Assembly: GCF_009914755.1 (NCBI RefSeq)
Contig: NC_060930.1
Source: the human T2T-CHM13v2.0 reference genome, Homo sapiens
Strand: one strand, 5' to 3'
DNA length: 64,000 nucleotides
The position numbers were made by a program, and so were the translations under genes. Positions 54,546-64,000 of the stretch are shown piece by piece (the stretch's first letter is position 1; each line of letters begins with the position of its first letter). The notes beneath the pieces were generated by a model. The model was given only the letters and a program-made list of their open reading frames with translations, was not told the origin of the DNA and made no database searches.

Positions 54546-55302
54546 ACACTCTGAGAAAATTAGAGTACAGAAGGCAATTAAACTGAAAAGAAAGAGTTAA
54601 CAAGATAGCCCAGTCCCTTGGTCAGTGAGGGGAAGCATCAAGTGTGACTTAATCTCCTTCTTGCAAGAAGTTACATCTCCAACTTGATTCTTTCAAATGC
54701 ACAAATATTAACCAACAATCCAATCCTCTTTCAACTGCTTAATTACTGTTGCTTTTGAGTGCTAATCATCTGACTTTTCCTGTTTCCATCTGTCCTGTGG
54801 AGCTATTTGGTATTACACATCAGTGTTAGTGTCTGAACTTTGAAGGGTTTTTTGAAGAAAAAAAATTATAAATAAATTATTAATTTCCTGAAGTTTCCTT
54901 GTATGACTTTATGTTGGGAGGCAAAAAAAAAAAAAGTTAAGTTTCAAAACATTTATTCATAAGTGACACCAGTATTGTCAGGGTGCTTGGATTTCTACTA
55001 AGAAAGCTAATCTTCTAGGTAGCTTTGTGTACATGTTGATAATCACATTCTCAAATATTACCTTTTTGGTAAAATTAAGCAACCATTAACTTCTGTGCTA
55101 AAGCGTTAAGGAAAAATCAGATTCGTCGGCTTGCATTAAGGAAAAATCAGATTCACCAACTTGGTAGCTCTCACCTGCAATTCCAGTTACTCAGGAGGCT
55201 GAGGCAGAGAATTGCTTGAACCCAGAAGGCAGAGGTAGCAGGTGGCTGAGTTCGCACCATTGTACTCCAGCCTGGGCGACAGAGTAAGACTCCATCTCAA
55301 AA

Positions 55303-55343
<41 letters not shown>

Positions 55344-55344
55344 A

Positions 55345-56030
55345 ACCGATGCTGGCGAGATTGCAGAAAAAAACAGAACACTTATACACAGTTTTATACA
55401 CTGTTGGTGGGAGCGTAAATTAGTTCAACCGTTGGGAAAGCAGTATGGTGATTCCTCAAACTGCTAAAAGCAGAAGTACCATTTGATCCAGCAAGCCCAT
55501 TACTGGGTATCTATCCAGAAGAATATAAATCATTCTACCGTAAAAATATATGCACATGAATGTTCATTACAGCTCTATTCATGATAGCAAAGACATAGAA
55601 TCAACCTAAATGCCCATCAATGACAGACTGGATAAAGAAAATTTAGTACATATACACCACGGAATACTATGCAGCCATAAAAAAGAACAAGATAATATCT
55701 TTTGCAGGAACATGGATGGGGCTGAAGGCCATTATCCTTAGCAAACTAACACAGGAAGAGAAAACCAAATATTGTATGTTCTCACTTACCAGTGGGAGCC
55801 AAATGATAAGAACTCATGAATACAAAGAAGTAAACAACAGACATTAAGTTCTACTTGAGGGTGGAGGGTAAGAAAAGGGAAAGAAGCAGGAAAGATAAAT
55901 AGTGGGTAATGGGCTTAATACCTGGGTAATGAAATAATCTGTACAACAAACTCCCATGACACAAGCTTACCTATGTAACAAACCTTCACATGTGTCCCAA
56001 AATCTAAAATACAAGTTTTACAAAAATTAT
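55345..56030 (+). mobile_element. L1PA13-16/L1PB-like 3' fragment (ORF2 end plus 3' UTR)
   Basis: ggaatactatgcagccataaaaaagaa and tgtacaacaaactcccatgacacaag motifs. Confidence 0.85.
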
Positions 56031-56451
56031 CTTTGAAAAATAACAAACCACTTATATAGTCAGCAGGGGTGGAGGAGAAGGCAGCCAGCTAGGACCAGCT
56101 GGTGGCCCTGGAAAAATTATTCATGCACAATTATGGAAATAATATCATCCTAAGTACCACATAGGGCAACAAACGCAGAGTCAGAGATGGTGTGCAGTGA
56201 GTTGTCTAATACTAGTTATGCACAATCTTGGTTACCTCATATTTTAGAGTAATAAAAAAGGCAAGGTTTGCAAGTGTAACACATGGAGTAAGTAATCATC
56301 TTTATTTCGTATATTCATGGGAAGGTGCACACACACAGCAAAGAGAGGAGTCCTGATACTCTTAGCTTTGCCTGTCCATGCTGGATGTAGACTCACAGCA
56401 AGATGGGCACATCTGAAACCAAAAGTGTCAATAATTTTCTGATGGCAGAGG

Positions 56452-61416
<4,965 letters not shown>

Positions 61417-62226
61417 GACCTTTCTAACTTATATTTGGTAACTGGCCTTGTAAAAGCCATGTAATTAGCAAATCTTGCTGGCTTCAAAATAGGTCCCAAA
61501 TTCAACCATTTCCTAACACATCTACCATTCCACTCTGGTCCAAGTCACCATCGTCACTCTCCTAGAGTACTGCAATTGCCTCATTATAGATACGAAATGC
61601 TGGAGAAAATGCAAATTTGAAGAGGAAGAGTTCAACTGAGGACAGGTTTAGCTTGCGATAATCTTGGCTACAGAAACATGTAGATTCCGCAATCGGAGAA
61701 AGTTCTTCAATGGAGATCCAGGAAGCCTTCCTAGTCAATTTAATTCATGGCTTGAGGGACTTCAGAATCCTTTGCTCCCTGAAAACCACCCCCTCCACGC
61801 TCACCCCCACCCACAAACTTGGGCAATCAGGGACAAGGCTGGCTACCTCATATTCACCAGATTCCCTGGCTGCCTACTTCACCAGGCAGTTGGGGTGGGA
61901 ACACTTTCCATCTCTATCTGGAGCCTTCCTCCCACCTTTCCATTCTCCCCATTTGTCTGCACTTCAAGGTCCAGGAAAACCCTGGGGCTCCTAGGAGGGT
62001 CCCTTTTCAGAAGCCCCCATTTTCACTCAACTCAGAGCAGCCTAACCAGGCTCCAGGCCTGAGAGGAGGAGTTCCTGAAAGCACCGACTTTTGTGCCTGG
62101 CTCCTTCCCTGGGCTGGGCCTCCCCAGACCTCAGCACTTGCCCAGAGAATCCCCTTCAGGGCTGAATAATTTCATCCTAAGGAAAGAGGACAGCACATCG
62201 AAGGCTTTGCATCATAGGTAGCTTAT

Positions 62227-62232
62227 TTTATT
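62227..62232 (-). terminator. AATAAA poly(A) signal of KHDC1L
   Basis: tttatt on the + strand, about 180 nt past the stop codon; conserved in the paralog. Confidence 0.75.
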
Positions 62233-62409
62233 GGATTGCTTTGCCAATAACACTTCTAACACTCAGGAGACTTCCCTCAGACACATGCCTAGAAGGCCTG
62301 AGAGGGGCAGGTCTGGCCACAAATTCAAACTTTCTTCAGTGTTTTTCATGTCTTTCTCACCAAAAGCGAAGCCAAGACTTCTCCTCTCATCCCCTCTTCC
62401 CAGGGGAGA

Positions 62410-62501
62410 TCAGTCTCCGGTGTACGGTGGCAGGCTAACGGAGGTGACCAGGTCATCATTGGTCAGGGGCTGGCTTCGGACACGCTCTAGCATCTTCAGA
62501 C
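62410..62501 (-). CDS. KHDC1L: KHDC1L coding exon 3
   Basis: Acceptor ttttgcag|GT. Encodes LKMLERVRSQPLTNDDLVTSVSLPPYTGD followed by TGA. Confidence 0.94.
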
Positions 62502-62827
62502 CTGCAAAAGAATTGCCTGGAGCTGAAGAACCAGAGTCCCATTACTGGGGCCCTTAGTAGGCCCAGACTCCACCAGGAAGGTTCCAGAGAGGATGTCACC
62601 CCAGCCCAGGTCTTCCAAGGTAACCCATTTACTCCTCCCTGCTACCCTCTCCTCCCTGAGCAATCGCATGCCACAAAAATGAGCCCTTCCCTTCCCAATG
62701 GACTCTGGGAAGCACCTGGATTCCCCAGCCACACAAGGGATTCTTCACGAATCCAAGATGCCACACAACACAGCCAGAACTCCACCATCAAGCCCTCCAC
62801 CTCCACAGTTCGGCCAAGGATACCTAC

Positions 62828-63010
62828 CTCGAGCGTGACACTTGGAGTCCTGGCTCCCCACGCAATGGAACATGAGCAGCAGCCACTGCTTTGCCATTGG
62901 TGGTCCGACTACAGTCACACGTGTCTGGCCTGTAGCTGTGAAACACCTCTCCAGCTGAATAAGGGTGTGGCTGTGCAGCTCAATGCAGCGAAGGTACGTG
63001 TCATCAAGTC
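62828..63010 (-). CDS. KHDC1L: KHDC1L coding exon 2 (183 bp; atypical KH domain)
   Basis: Acceptor cttacag|GA and donor G|gtaggt. Encodes LDDTYLRCIELHSHTLIQLERCFTATGQTRVTVVGPPMAKQWLLLMFHCVGSQDSKCHAR, matching recalled KHDC1L. Confidence 0.95.
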
Positions 63011-63152
63011 CTGTAAGCACAAGAAGTGAGAAGAGAAACTGTCAGCCACCAGTCCTTGGGGAGTGAGGAGGTGGCCTTGAGGGTAGGGATGTGTGACTCA
63101 TGAAGGTGGGAGGAGAGGGGAAGATTGAAAATCGAGAAGGGGATGAAGGAGG

Positions 63153-63924
<772 letters not shown>

Positions 63925-63958
63925 GATGAAGGAGGGGACGTGGGCAAAGGCCACTCAC

Positions 63959-64000
63959 CGAAGATGAGCTCCTCCTGGTCCTCTTCCATGTGGAACACCA
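63959..64000 (-). CDS. KHDC1L: KHDC1L coding exon 1 (partial, truncated by window edge)
   Basis: Encodes ..VFHMEEDQEELIF(G) followed by donor gtgagt. Confidence 0.92.

Noticed and set aside
61664-62557. Plus-strand ORFs resembling ORFs at 47517-47781
   Set aside because: The similarity comes from the segmental duplication; the frames differ between copies and are antisense to the real gene.

Overview
This is human-type (primate) genomic DNA, rich in Alu, L1, LTR and DNA-transposon remnants. The + strand carries the last four coding exons (8378-8486, 29201-29332, 31193-31319, 33081-34043) and a ~3.4-kb 3' UTR of the voltage-gated K+ channel gene KCNQ5 (Kv7.5). Downstream, on the - strand, lie two paralogous three-exon atypical KH-domain genes from an old tandem duplication. 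One is a stop-containing copy at 47.5-48.8 kb (best match KHDC1P1) whose promoter, splice sites and poly(A) signal still look intact; the other is KHDC1L at 62.2-64.0 kb, with exon 1 cut by the window edge. A full-length SVA lies at 43.7-45.0 kb. The most unusual structure is at 43.3-43.7 kb: an Alu carrying 111 bp of unique 3' flank copied from another Alu 6.7 kb away, with a second A-tail and its own target-site duplication (TSD). This is either an Alu-mediated 3' transduction or a templated insertion, and the SVA later inserted at the same site. Other points are an L1 and an AluY stacked at one nick (triple TSD), a deletion that created the KHDC1L stop codon, and a possible re-initiated 131-aa KH protein from the pseudogene. 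Gene and repeat names come from recalled sequences, not from a search.
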